A DNA stretch of 64,000 bases from Planktothrix sp. GU0601_MAG3 (GCA_035193785.1 CP136572.1:3220578-3284577), one strand, 5' to 3'. Numbered from the stretch's first letter, positions 1 through 12,500 are shown. Notes: generated from the sequence alone by a model not told the origin. Program-made: numbers and translations.

Positions 1-1
1 T

Positions 2-1216
2 TTGGATTTGTATGAACGTCAAACCCATCACCATTACCCCGATAAATCATCAATTATTAATCATAATTTTTCCTGGTGTTCAAATCCGTTTAATTCGAGA
101 AAAATCTCATTTTATCCCCTTGATTTATTAACTAAATCCTTATCCAAATCATCTGAATTAATTGGCAGTAGTCTCGCCTCTTTTTTGGGTCAATGCCTAG
201 ATAGACCCATTTGGTTAAACGGAAAAATTATTGGGTTTATTTGTGTTGAATATCCCATTAATCAACAGGACTGTAGCCTAGAAGATCGGATATTTATTGA
301 TTCCTTAGCGAATTTAGTTGCCCTAACAATTGAACGATTTGAACGAATTAAGGCCGAAAAAGCATTAGCTCAAGTTAAGAATGAACTAGAAATCCGAGTT
401 AAAAAACGCACGACAGAATTACAGGAAGCCGTCCAACAGTTACGCATAGAAATGGTAGAACGGTTTAAGGTAGAAGGGGTTTTACAAATGGCTTTACATC
501 AAGCTCAAGCCGCTTCCCAAGCTAAAAGTACCTTCTTAGCAAATATGAGCCATGAGTTACGCACACCTTTACACGCCATTATCGGTTTTAGCGATTTATT
601 ACTGGAAGAAGTTGTAGATCAAAAACTCTATGACCTCTTAGCAGATGTGGAAAAAATTCATCAGTCCGGCCACCATTTGCTGACCTTAATTAATGACATT
701 TTGGATTTATCTAAGGTTGAAGCCGGACAAATGCCTTTATCTTTAGAAACCTTTGAAGTGGCTAGTTTTGTTAATGATGTGGTGACTTCCTTACAACCCC
801 TCGCTCTGCAAAATCAGAACAAGGTACGAATTTGTTGTAAAAATAACTTGGATATCATGGAAGGAGATATCACTAAAATTCGACAGATTCTTTATAATTT
901 AATCAGTAATGCTCTGAAATTTACCCATCGGGGCGAAGTAACCATTACCCTAAAGCGAGAACAAAATGAAGATTTAGACTGGATTTATTTTGAGGTCGCG
1001 GACACCGGAATTGGTATTTCTCGTGAACAGCAGAAAAATTTATTTCAAGCCTTTACCCAAGCCGATAACTCTTTAAGTCGTGAGTATGGTGGTACGGGTT
1101 TAGGTTTAGCAATTACCCATCATTATTGCAAAATGCTGGGAGGACAAATCAGCGTTTCCAGCCAACTTGGCATCGGTTCTAAGTTCACAGTCTATCTCCC
1201 GACCGCCTTGGTTTAA
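2..1216 (+). CDS. Sensor histidine kinase (GAF-like, coiled coil, HisKA, HATPase); 5' end outside the window
   Basis: H-box [14 protein letters not shown]-box QILYNLISNALKFT, G boxes DTGIGI and GGTGLGL. Confidence 0.9.
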   Translation: MDLYERQTHHHYPDKSSIINHNFSWCSNPFNSRKISFYPLDLLTKSLSKSSELIGSSLASFLGQCLDRPIWLNGKIIGFICVEYPINQQDCSLEDRIFIDSLANLVALTIERFERIKAEKALAQVKNELEIRVKKRTTELQEAVQQLRIEMVERFKVEGVLQMALHQAQAASQAKSTFLANMSHELRTPLHAIIGFSDLLLEEVVDQKLYDLLADVEKIHQSGHHLLTLINDILDLSKVEAGQMPLSLETFEVASFVNDVVTSLQPLALQNQNKVRICCKNNLDIMEGDITKIRQILYNLISNALKFTHRGEVTITLKREQNEDLDWIYFEVADTGIGISREQQKNLFQAFTQADNSLSREYGGTGLGLAITHHYCKMLGGQISVSSQLGIGSKFTVYLPTALV

Positions 1217-1415
1217 TCTGAACGTTACAAAACAATAACTAACAATTCCCACGTTTTCTTCATTTAGTGTTAGTTTAAGGGAAGATAGTATGGGATTGAT
1301 CTCGCGTGCGGATGTGACCCCAGGAAAGTTACCCCGGTCTAGGTCGTGACGCAATTCGGTCTATCTTCCCTATTTAGGGAAAAGCTACCAGCAGTTAATT
1401 AAAAATTAATTCAAT

Positions 1416-2763
1416 ATGTCCAGATATGACTCTCACTTACGATGTTCGTTCTGCGGTAAATCTCAAGAGCAAGTTCGCAAATTAATTGCAGGCCCTGGTG
1501 TTTATATCTGTGATGAATGCGTCGAACTCTGTAACGAGATTTTAGAAGAGGAATTTTCGGATCGCAATTCAGCCGCGGTTTCCAGTTGGAGGGCAGCCAG
1601 GGGTTCGTTCTGGCAAACAGTCTGCCAATAAGGGATTTTCTCTGACTACCATTCCTAAACCCATCGAAATTAAAAACTATTTAGATGATCATGTCATCGG
1701 TCAAGATGGGGCAAAAAAAGTTCTATCCGTTGCAGTTTATAACCACTATAAACGTCTGAGTGTAGAAAAGTTAAAAGCTGATGGTGCCGAGGCTGATGAT
1801 GCTATAGAATTACAAAAAGCAAATATTCTCTTGATGGGGCCAACGGGTTGCGGTAAAACCCTACTCGCCCAATCTTTAGCAAAATTATTAGATGTTCCCT
1901 TTGCCGTTGCCGATGCCACCACTTTAACCGAAGCTGGTTATGTGGGAGATGATGTCGAAAATATTTTGTTAAGGTTATTACAGGTTGCTGATTTTGATAT
2001 TGAAGCCGCACAACAGGGGATTATTTATATTGATGAAATTGATAAAATAGCGCGTAAAAGTGAAAATACCTCGATTACCCGAGATGTGTCTGGAGAAGGG
2101 GTACAACAGGCCCTATTAAAGATGTTAGAAGGCACGGTGGTAAATGTTCCTCCCCAGGGCGGACGCAAGCATCCCTATCAAGATTTTATCCAAATTGATA
2201 CCAGCAAAATTTTATTTGTTTGTGGTGGTGCTTTCGTAGGTTTGGAAAAACTGATTGAACAACGTTTGGGCAAAAAATCCCTGGGTTTTGTGCATTCAGG
2301 AGAAGATAAAAAAACTGCGGTTTCTCCCCTCAATTCCGATGAAGTTTTATATCATGTTCAACCGGAAGATTTAGTTAAATTTGGCTTAATTCCTGAATTT
2401 ATTGGTCGCCTTCCCGTTTTAACTAGGGTTTCGCCTTTAGATGAAGGAGCATTAATACAGATTTTAACCGAACCAAGTAATGCTTTAGTTAAACAATATA
2501 AAAAGCTATTACGCATGGATAATGTCCGGTTAGAATTTGAACCGGAAGCGTTAAAAGCGATCGCCAAAGAAGCCTTCCGTCGGAAAACCGGGGCGCGAGC
2601 TTTACGCGGTATTCTGGAAGAATTAATGTTAGAAGTAATGTATGAAATTCCCTCCAGAAAAGATGTGGTTCGCTGTGTGATTACCCAGGAAATGGTAGAA
2701 AAACGTTCCACGGCGGAAATATTATGGCATCCGACCTGGCATCGACAACATGAGTCAGCATAA
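1416..2763 (+). CDS. clpX: ATP-dependent Clp protease ATP-binding subunit ClpX (apparent +1 frameshift at 1578-1582)
   Basis: Zinc finger [26 protein letters not shown], Walker A GPTGCGKT, Walker [27 protein letters not shown] loop. Removing one T from GTTTC joins ORFs 1416 and 1831. Confidence 0.95.
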
Positions 2764-2860
2764 TTAACTTTAATTGATTTTAATGGGTGGGTTTTGCAAC
2801 CATATTTTAGATTAACAAATAATCTGAATAAACCCGCCCCACCCCCAACCAAAAATTAAA

Positions 2861-4607
2861 TTAAACTAATAATTCCTCTAATTTATGTTGATTCCAAAGG
2901 GTTTGATAAAGTCCTTTTATTCCTACTAATTCGGTATGGGTTCCGGTTTGAATAATACTCCCTTTTTCCATGACTAAAATCTGATCTGCCATGGCCGCCG
3001 CCGACATTTGATGGGAGATAAAAACAACGGTTTTGCGTTGGACTCCGATTTTTAAATTTCTTAAAATTTCCGTAGCCGTTTGATTATCTACACTCGAAAG
3101 AGCATCATCTAAAATCAAAATTGGTGCATCCACTAATAGTGCTCTGGCTAAGGCTGTTCGTTGTCGTTGTCCACCGGATAAGGTAATTCCCCTTTCTCCT
3201 ACCAAGGTTTCATATTGTTTAGGAAAATTCAAAATTTCCTCATGAATTTTAGCAATTTTAGCCGCCGTTTCAATTTCCGATTGTTCCGTTAGGGGGTTTC
3301 CATAGGCAATATTATTCTGAATACTGGTACTAAATAAAAAGCTCTCTTGAGGAACATAGGCGATCGCACTTCTCAAATCCGATAACTTTAATTGCGTAAT
3401 ATCCTGACCATCGACAAATAATTGATCTATCTTAATATCTAATAACCGAGGAATAGCATTAGCTAAAGTTGATTTACCCGCACCAATTGGCCCAACAATG
3501 GCAACGGTTTCCCCTGGTTTAATCGTGAAACTAACATCATTCAGAGCCGGAACTTTACTTTTTGGGTAGGTATAACTCAGATTAAATGCACTTAACCATC
3601 CTTGAATTGGAGTGGGTAAAGGTAAGGGTTCCAAGGGATCTTTGATCCGAGGTTCAACGCTTAAAATTCCCTCAATTCTATCAATACTCACCTCTCCCCG
3701 TTGATAGGCTGTAATCGTAAATCCTAATAATGCCGTGGGAAATACTAAACGTTCCACATATAAAATTAAAGCTACAAAATCACCGATACTCAGTTCTCCA
3801 TTGGCAATAGATTCATCCCCAATTCCCAATAAAATTAAAAAACTTAAACTGGCAATTCCCCCTAAAATGGGAAACAAAAGATTGCGGGTTTTAGCTAAAT
3901 CTAAATTAGCATAAAATAATTGTTGGTTATTTTCGGCAAAGGCTTGGCGTTCATTTTCTTCTTGAGCGTAAATCTTGATTAAAGAAATGCCGCTCATATC
4001 CTCTTGAATCAGATCACTAATATTCGAGAGTTTTTCCTGAAACTGTGATTTGTTGATCTTTGAGTTTCCCACTAAAAACCTGCACTAAAATCAACATGAA
4101 GGGATAAACAGAAATAGATAATAAGGTCAAGCGGAAGTTAATTGCTAACATTACCGGAAGGGTTAAAGCATAGGCAAAGATGGTATTAGCAATACTGAGA
4201 ACCGCAAAACCTAATAAACGGCGAATATTATCAACATCACTGGTGGCACGGTTAATTAAATCTCCAATGGTACTTTCCGAAAAATAGGAGGATTCTAGGA
4301 TTAATAAATGATTAAAAATCTTTTGTTTTAAATCAAATTCCACTTGACGACCTACCCCAAAAATGATAGTCCGTGAGATCATCCTAATCACCCACATAAT
4401 TGAGGCTAAAATGAAAATCAAGAATACCCAATTTTGTACCGTATCAAAGTTAATCGCCACTTGCAATTCATTAACAATATCCCGAATCAAAATCGGAATA
4501 TAAACTCCCAACGCATTAACAATAAATAACGCCACAATTCCTAATACTGTAGCTTTTTTATGGGGACGCAGATACTCTATCAGTTTTTGGAATCGAGAAG
4601 ATTTCAT
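2861..4607 (-). CDS. ABC exporter, fused permease/ATPase (MdlA/MsbA-like); apparent frameshift at 4039-4043
   Basis: N-terminal TM helices, GPIGAGKST, LSGGQRQR, ILILDD. The two ORFs join as ITVQEKLSN. Confidence 0.92.
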
Positions 4608-4690
4608 ATTTAGGTACTTATATTAATCAAATAAATACTATAGCTGATTTTGGCAAGAAATCACAATCAAGACGTTCTAAACTGTTGATT

Positions 4691-4760
4691 CCCCATTCCC
4701 CATTCCCCATTCCCCATTCGTAATTCGTAATTCGTAATTCATAATTCATAATTCCCTATT
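4691..4760. repeat. Heptamer tandem repeats (CCCATTC, GTAATTC, ATAATTC), STRR type
   Basis: Visible tandem 7-mers at the 3' end of the hybrid kinase gene. Confidence 0.9.
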
Positions 4761-7700
4761 CTCTAAACTTTCCAGATATTTAGAAATAGCATCATTCAGA
4801 TCTTCAATCATGATCGGTTTACTCAGATAATCATTCATTCCTATCTGCAAACATCTTTGACGATCGCGCTCCAAAACATTAGCCGTCACTGCGATAATCC
4901 AGGGTTGAGTTTGGGCAGATTGGCGAATCATTTCCGTTGCGGTTAAACCATCCATTTCTGGCATTTGCATATCCATTAAAATGATATCATAGGATTGTTT
5001 TTCTAACATTTCTAATACTTCTAATCCATTGTTAGCAATATCCGCATCATAGCCAAAAACTTTCAGAAGTAATAATCCAAATTCTTGATTAATCTCATCA
5101 TCATCGGCGATCAAAATTTTTAATTGCGATTGATCAGGAATTTTTTCGATTTTAGGTAAAGCGGGATTTTTTAGTAAATTAATATCGATCTCAGAAGCGA
5201 GTTTTAATTGCAGGGTAAAATAAAAAGTTGAACCTTGGGTTTGAGGTTGTTCGGGCTCTAAGAAAAAATCCGGGGGCGGATTTCCCCCAATATTACCTAG
5301 ACTTACTACCCAAATTGTTCCCCCCATTAAATTAACTAAACTCCGACTAATCACTAATCCTAAACCCGTACCGCCATATTTACGACTAATGGAAATATCT
5401 CCCTGGGTAAAGGGTTGAAAGAGTTGATTAATTTGCTCGGCATTAATCCCAATTCCCTGATCTTGAATCGAGATAATTAACTCATATTTCTGCTCGGAAA
5501 TAGGTTGACCTATTACCCGAATAGAAACACTGCCACGGTTAGTAAACTTAACCGCATTTCCTATTAGATTTAATAAAATTTGTCTCAAACGAGAAATATC
5601 TCCTAAAAAATAATTAGGAATATCAGGATCAATGAAATAGGTGAGATCAATTTCCCGTTCTACAGCTTCTTTTTGTAAGAGATCACAGACCGACTGGAAT
5701 ACAGTTCTTAAAACAAAAGGATTTTCCTCTAGTTCCAAATTCCCCGATTCAATTTTTGAGAAGTTAAGAATATCATTAATAATAGTTAAAAGTAGATTCC
5801 CGCTATCCTGAATCATATCAACTAATTTTTTTTGTTCCTGGGAAAGATCGGTCATCAACAAAAGTTGAACAATCCCAACTACGCCATTCATCGGGGTGCG
5901 GATTTCGTGACTCATATTGGCAAGAAAATCACCTTTGGCTTTTGTTCCGGCTTCCGCGCCTTCCTTCGCCTCGGATAGAGCGATTTCTGCCTGTTTGCGA
6001 TCGCTAATATCCAGCATTGTGCCATAGATATCCGTGATCTGATGCTGTTGATTATAACCGGGCTTCCCAATAGCATTAATATACCGAATCACCCCATCAT
6101 TATAACGAATAATTTTTAGATCCAGATCATAAGTAGTTCCTTCGGTTTTGAGTATTTCTAACGCTTCTAAAAATCTAGCTTGATCTTCAACAGAAATGCG
6201 AGTAATTAACTGGGATAATGTGGGTTCTCCCAAATTAAAATCAAGACCAATAATCTTAAATAATTCCTTTGAACAGCGCATTTTTCGAGTCTGGAGATTC
6301 AATTCCCAGTTTCCCAGATGGGAAATACTTTGAGCTTCTTCTAGGCGCTCGTTTGCTTTTTTTATATCTTTTTGAGTCTCTTTTTGTTCTGTAATTTCTG
6401 TAATTACGCCCCCGACTCCAGACTGTCCACCTTCTAATAAAACTGGATAAAGACTACCGACCCAATATCGAGTTTGTAAAAAGATAGGGGTTAGGGTTTG
6501 AAATTCTACATTTCTCATGGTTGCACCCGTTTCTAATACTTGACGCATTAAAGGTTTCATAGGTATCCGCCCATTCAGGAAATAACTCTTGTCCAGTTTT
6601 GCCAATATGTTCTGCTACGGATAAATTATTAATCTTGGCAAAGTTTTCATTAACTTTCACAAATTTTAGATTTTGATCTAGTAAACATAACCCCACGGGA
6701 CTATTAATATAAATATTCTCTAACCAATTATTACTGGCTTGGAGTTGATTTTGAATTTTTTTCAAATCATTAATATTAATAAAGGTGACAACTACTCCAT
6801 TATTGTCATTATTTTCCCCCCTATAGGTGTTCACTCGCATCAAGAATTGTTCTTGAGTCCTTTGGTTGATCAATTCTAATTCTAAGGGAATTTGAGTTGT
6901 GACAAAATTTGATAAAATTTCAAGTAAGTTAGGACATTCTAAATTGTGGGTAAAATGCCTTAGGGGGCGGTTAATATCAGTGGGGAGAATATTAATAATA
7001 TTACTGGTAGCTGGGGTAAATTTTCTAATATTTAGATCATTATCCAGAAAAATTACCCCGATATCGGTACTGCGGAGCAAATTATCAATATCATTAGTTA
7101 GTTCGGTGAGTTGTTGAATTCTGGTTTGATGTTCTGAATTAACCGTATAAAGTTCTTCATTCACGGACTGTAATTCTTCATTGGTACTTTGCAATTCCTC
7201 ATTAGAAGCTAGTAATTCTTCATTAGTTGCCTGTTGTTCTTCATTGGTTGTTTCTAATTCCTCAATCGCCGCTTGTAAATTTTCTCGGGTTTGTTGCAGT
7301 TCATATTCTAATTCAGCAATTTGTTTTGCGGTTTCAATATCTACCTGAAAATCAATCTGATCGGATTTGTTTTCTAATGTTGTTTTTATCTCCAATAAAA
7401 CCAACAAAAACTCATTCCTGCTTGGGGATTGATTAGGAAATGCTATTTTTAAACTTAAGCTCTCATTCACCCCATGCCTAAACAAATTAATGCCCGTATA
7501 TAGAACATTTTGTCCTTCCCGTTTGGCTCGATTGATCGCGGTTCTCAGGGGTAATTGTAAAGAGGTGGGAACCAATTCCGTAATATCTAATTTGGGCTTA
7601 CCTGTGGAAAAGGATAGCAAATCTGCACCATTATGAAAAATATGCAGTAATTGGTAGTCTTGATTGATTAATACACAGGTTAGATGTTGTTCTGTAAAAC

Positions 7701-9265
7701 AAAGATTAAAAACTGAATCTAAAATCCGTTCATACTGAAAAATATTGCGATTAGATGCGGCTGGTAACTTGACTGGAGCTAATAGGGGTGGCTGGGGTAG
7801 GGGGATTAAACCGAGTTGAACTTCTCGCTGTTTGCGGAAGATTTTCCATCTTTGATCGATAGCAATAAATTCCGTTTCTATTTCTCCCAAGGTTTCCGCA
7901 TTTCCCAACAACAAAATCCCTTGGGGAGCCAAAGAAAAATGCAGTAAGCGTAATACTTGTTGCTGAAGTAGGGGCTGCATATAAATCAGCACATTTCGGC
8001 AACTAATCAAATTCATTTTGGAAAAACCCGCATTTTTAGTTAAATCATGGAGGGCAATAATTAACATCTCGCGTAAATGCCGTCTTACTTGATAGTAACC
8101 GTCTTTATAAATAAAGTATTTCTCTAAACGTTCAGGAGTAATAGCATTTTTAATGCTTTCGCCATAAATTCCTTGAGAGGCTATTTCTAGGGCTTTACTA
8201 TCGAGATCGGTGGCAAACATTTTGACGGAGATCTCTTTATTCGCCGCCTGAATTGCTTCATCAATTAATATGGCTAGGGAATAGGCTTCTTCTCCGGTAG
8301 CACAGGCGGGAATCCAGACTCGGATTTGTTCCTGGGGTTCTAAGGAGTTGATGAACTCCGGTAAAACCTGCCGTTCCATTAATTCCCAGGCTTGAGGATC
8401 TCTAAAGAATTGGGTGACACCAATTAATAAGTCTTGACGGAGTAATTTTCTTTCCGTTTCCGATTGATTTAATAAAGTAACATACTGAGTTAAATCCGGG
8501 GATTGGGTGATGCCACAACGATTCAGAATCCGACGACTCAGGGTGCTAATTTTGTATTGACAAAAATCAATCTTTTCGTATTTGGATAAAATCCCCAGGA
8601 TTTGTTCAAATTGTTCGACGGGAATTAACTCTCCGGCTTTGAACTGAGAAATGGAATAGTTGAGGGAATAGCCGACTAAACTATAAACCGCCTGGGCTAG
8701 ATCTTGAGGGGATAAAATTCCATCCAAGCAATCACAAGGTATCACACTACTCGGCATACTCGTGAATTGGGCGGTTTCTGGGGACTGAAACCAGGGCAAC
8801 TCCGCCTTTTTGACTAATGGCTTGTAATCCTTCTGTGCCATCGTTTCCCGCTCCCGATAGCAGGATTCCGATTACTTTTTCCCCCCATTCGGTGGCTAGG
8901 GATTTGAAGAAAATATTAATCGGATGATTCACCCGCTCAGAAGGATGTTCTTCTAATCGTAAGCAATCATTTTCGACTGTTAAAATGTGACGCGGGGGCA
9001 ATACATAGATATAATTAGGATGTAGTTGCATCCCATCTTTTATTGATTGAACCTGCATTGAGGTGCATCTTTGAATTAATTCTGGCATCAAACTGGGAAA
9101 ATCGGGAGAAAGATGTTGCAAAACCACAAAAGCAGCACCGGGATTATTCGGTAAGTTGGTAAAAAATTCCTCTAGGGGTTGTAAACCTCCGGCTGATGCA
9201 CCCATGGCTACTACAACAAACTTTTCTGGTTGTTCGGGGCTATTATTCTGGATATTTTGTGTCAT
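4746..9265 (-). CDS. CheB methylesterase-CheR methyltransferase-coiled coil-PAS-histidine kinase-receiver hybrid (apparent frameshifts at 8786-8790 and 6554-6558)
   Basis: CheB GASAGG and QHLSPD, Che[10 protein letters not shown] and [14 protein letters not shown] coiled coil, [18 protein letters not shown], receiver [12 protein letters not shown]. Three ORFs join on removing one base at each GAAAC/GTTTC. Confidence 0.9.
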
Positions 9266-9463
9266 ATAAGATATTAGGGGGTACAATGAAAAGGATGGGT
9301 ACAGGGCTGGAAATTTTATTTATTAACCGGATAACTTATCTATAAATTGGTTTTGAATAAACGCATATTTTATCTAAATTAAAAACTTTTGTCAATATTT
9401 TCTAGTCATATAATTAATTCTGATCAGAATGGGGTATTTTGCCGATGGCTAATACTCCAATTC

Positions 9464-9537
9464 TATAATTTTTCTATCCAATCTTGGGCGGATTGATCTA
9501 ATACAAATCCTGGTGGGATATTTTGCCCCGATAAAGA
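9464..9537 (-). pseudogene. Remnant of a Uma2-family endonuclease C-terminus
   Basis: Minus-strand translation SLSGQNIPPGFVLDQS resembles the LSGEDVLPGFVLDL end of cyanobacterial Uma2 proteins. No upstream coding part. Confidence 0.45.
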
Positions 9538-9750
9538 TTAAAGACCAGTCTTGAGTCATCTTCAGATAACGTAGAGACGTACCCGGGTACAGTCACACCT
9601 AAAGCCGTTGGCACGTCCCCACAGCCCGGAATTTATTTCCGGGCTCCTGGCGTTCAGTTTATACTGCTGGGTGCGCCTTCCCCTACGATTAAGCAGCTTA
9701 CCAAAACCATACAAACTGCCCATTACCTATTTCCTGTTCCCTATTAATAT

Positions 9751-10048
9751 TTAGCTCACAGAAAAGGTAATCGTTAGCAAAATAATAACAAATAAAACCG
9801 CCCCCGCCCCCAGGAAAATATATCGTTTTTGTTGCCAAGGTGAGGGATATTCCGAGGAGTAGATATCAGGTTTCAACAGCGAAGTTATTGATCAGACCTT
9901 CATCATCTTTAGTGTAGCCCGTTCCTGGAACTACATTAGGAGATTGAGGATCATTTGTGGAAACTTCGGCAGGAATGAGTTCGCTACCGTCGCTGCGATG
10001 ATCTGGGTTGGGGTTGAGGGTTGTCCCTTTAGTTTCGGAGTTGGTCAT
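9751..10048 (-). CDS. psb34: Photosystem II assembly factor Psb34 (Ssl1498 family), N-terminally extended; apparent frameshift at 9870-9874
   Basis: Repaired product ...GYTKDDEGLINNFAVEPDIYSSEYPSPWQQKRYIFLGAGAVLFVIILLTITFSVS* matches the YT.D.G..NNFA.EP motif plus single TM helix of Psb34. Confidence 0.8.
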
Positions 10049-10120
10049 GTTGCCCTCTTGTTGAATTTATACTTTCTATTATAGTCTATTTAAACAATAA
10101 ATGTGTTGCTAAATTGGAAA

Positions 10121-10226
10121 GGCAATAGGGAATAGGCAATAGGGAATAGGTAATAGGGAATAGATAATAGGGAATAGGCAATAGATAATAGGGAATAGAC
10201 AATAGATAATAGGGAATGGGGATAAT
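10121..10226. repeat. Heptamer tandem array (GGCAATA/GGGAATA/GATAATA), with an inverted counterpart (TGCCTAT)n at 10320-10345
   Basis: Directly visible 7-mers. Confidence 0.9.
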
Positions 10227-10378
10227 ACTTTTAGCTGCTTATCCGATCTGTTATAGCAGTTGCCACAACATTCTTGAAAGCTAAAAGCTGCTCATAGTAA
10301 GTATTTCCCTATAGCGAGATTGCCTATTGCCTATTGCCTATTGCTATATGATAGATTAACTCCATTTTAGGATTTAAA

Positions 10379-10726
10379 ATGAAAGCACAAGCCTATGATC
10401 GGATTAAAACATTAGTGGATATTCCAGCAGATTTGGGAAAATCCCTAATTCCGAAAGGAACAATTGGAACAGTAATCGAATGTTATGAACGTCCGAAAGA
10501 GGGATATGCGGTTGACCTAACTATTCTCAGTGAAACCGGAGAATCGGGTTTTGAATATGAGAATGTAATTCTGTATCCTGAGCAGTTCTCTGTCGTCAAT
10601 GATACCCCAGAAATGGGGAATTTTATTTCGGTGTTTGGCGATATTAGTTATGAAGTTCCCCAGGTCGGTAATGAGCAATCCCATTCCCCGGAAACCCCAC
10701 CAGTAGAAAAACCGACTCAGGAGTAG
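10379..10726 (+). CDS. DUF4926-like small protein
   Basis: Pattern YDRIKTLVDIP...IPKGTIGTVIECY...YAVD resembles DUF4926 proteins. Confidence 0.65.
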   Translation: MKAQAYDRIKTLVDIPADLGKSLIPKGTIGTVIECYERPKEGYAVDLTILSETGESGFEYENVILYPEQFSVVNDTPEMGNFISVFGDISYEVPQVGNEQSHSPETPPVEKPTQE

Positions 10727-10850
10727 CATCAAACTAAAATTAGGACGGGATAAAATTGTAGATAAAACCTGCCCAGAATTATGCTATATTTCTCTACGGA
10801 GTGTTTAAAATTATTCATTCTGTGGAGAAATTTTAACTTTAAATAAACCT

Positions 10851-12436
10851 ATGAAACGCATATTAAAATACAGTTTTATTCTATTTTTTGTCGGGATGGT
10901 TTTAGCGATCGCTCCTCCGAGTTTAGGACTATTTAACCCCGGATTTGACCTGAGAATTATCCATAGCAATGATCATCACGCCCACCTAGAACCCGTCACC
11001 ATTAAAGACACAGAAACTAGGAGGTATTGTTCGACGTAAAACCCTAATTGATCGCTTAAAAACCCAAAATCCCCGAGAAACTCTCCTCCTAGATGCCGGG
11101 GATATTTTTCAAGGCACTTTATATTTTAATCAATATTTGGGTCAAGCGGATTTACCCTTTTATAATCAGATGAATTATCAAGCAGTTACCCTGGGAAACC
11201 ATGAATTTGACCGGGGACAAACCGTTTTAGCTGATTTTATTAAAAAAGCCAAGTTTCCCATGCTTTCGGCTAATTTGGAAATCGCGCCTAATTCTCCCTT
11301 AGCTGGGTTAGTAAAACCTTGGGTGATTCTATCAGTTAAAGGGAAAAAAATCGGGGTATTTGGTTTAACCACAGAAGCCACGGCTAATATGTCAAGTCCC
11401 GGGGAAGGAGTGGTTTTTAAAGATGCCATTCAAGCGGCAAAAAAAGCGGTTTCTGAGTTAAAAAAACAAGGAGTAAATAAAATTATTGGGTTAACTCATA
11501 TTGGCTTAGAATCGGATTTAGAACTGGCTAAAACCGTTAATGATATTGATATTATTATCGGGGGACATAGCCACACGCCGTTAGGTTCCATGCCCAATGC
11601 TAAACAACCCTATCCTATTGTTGAAACCACCCCAAAAGGTCAGAAAGTATTAGTGGTGACGTCTTGGGAATGGGGGAAATATTTGGGGGATTTACAAGTT
11701 AAATTTAATCGCCAAGGAGAAGTAACTTCTTGGACAGGAACACCCCACGCCATTGATGATCAAATTCAACCGGATGCCAGCTTTTCCCAACAGTTAGCAA
11801 AATTTTCCGCTTCCCTAGAAGTCTTACGTCAAACAATTATTGGCAAAACCTTAACCTCCTTAGAAGGAAGTCGGGATTTAGTTAGGACTCAAGAAACTAA
11901 TTTAGGTAACTTAATTACCGATGCCATGTTAAATAAATTAAGACCCGATGGTGCTGAAATTGCCCTATTGAATGCTGGAGGAATTCGGTCTAGTATTCCC
12001 GCCGGAAATATTAGTGTGAGTCAAGTGATTGAAGTTATGCCTTTTGGGAATACAATTGCTCGCTTGGATTTAACCGGAGAACAAATCAAAAAAGCCTTAG
12101 AACATGGTGTCAGTCAAGTGGAATTAGGGGAGGGAAGATTCCCCCAAGTGTCAGGATTAAGGTTTATATATGACCCCAAAGCTGCGGCGGGTTTCTCGGG
12201 TGATTTCCGTTACCATTGTTGATCAATCAGGACAAGAAAAACCCCTAGATTTAACCGCCACCTATCGAGTGGTTGCCAATAATTTTATGTCGATTGGGGG
12301 AGATGGTTATGAGGTAATGAAATCAGGAAAAAATCAAGTTGACACCGGATTTTTATTGGTGGATGTGGTGATTGATTATATTAAAAAGCAATCGGAAATT
12401 AATGTTAAATCTGGCGATCGCATCATGGTGAAATAA
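10851..12436 (+). CDS. Secreted bifunctional metallophosphatase/5'-nucleotidase (apparent frameshifts at 11013-11017 and 12191-12195)
   Basis: Signal peptide, HSNDHHAH, LDAGDIFQG, LGNHEFD, GGHSH, NAGGIR, FPQVSGL. Confidence 0.92.
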
Positions 12437-12500
12437 TCATTTTTAACATGAAATCCTTAAATATTTGCCACGGATCATTAATCGGTATCTCGTGGCTATT

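Noticed and set aside
1291..1360. Possible SRP RNA or riboswitch upstream of clpX
   Set aside because: Lacks the SRP core (TCAGG..GGAAGGAAGCAGC) and matches no riboswitch consensus I recognise; kept only as a weak note.
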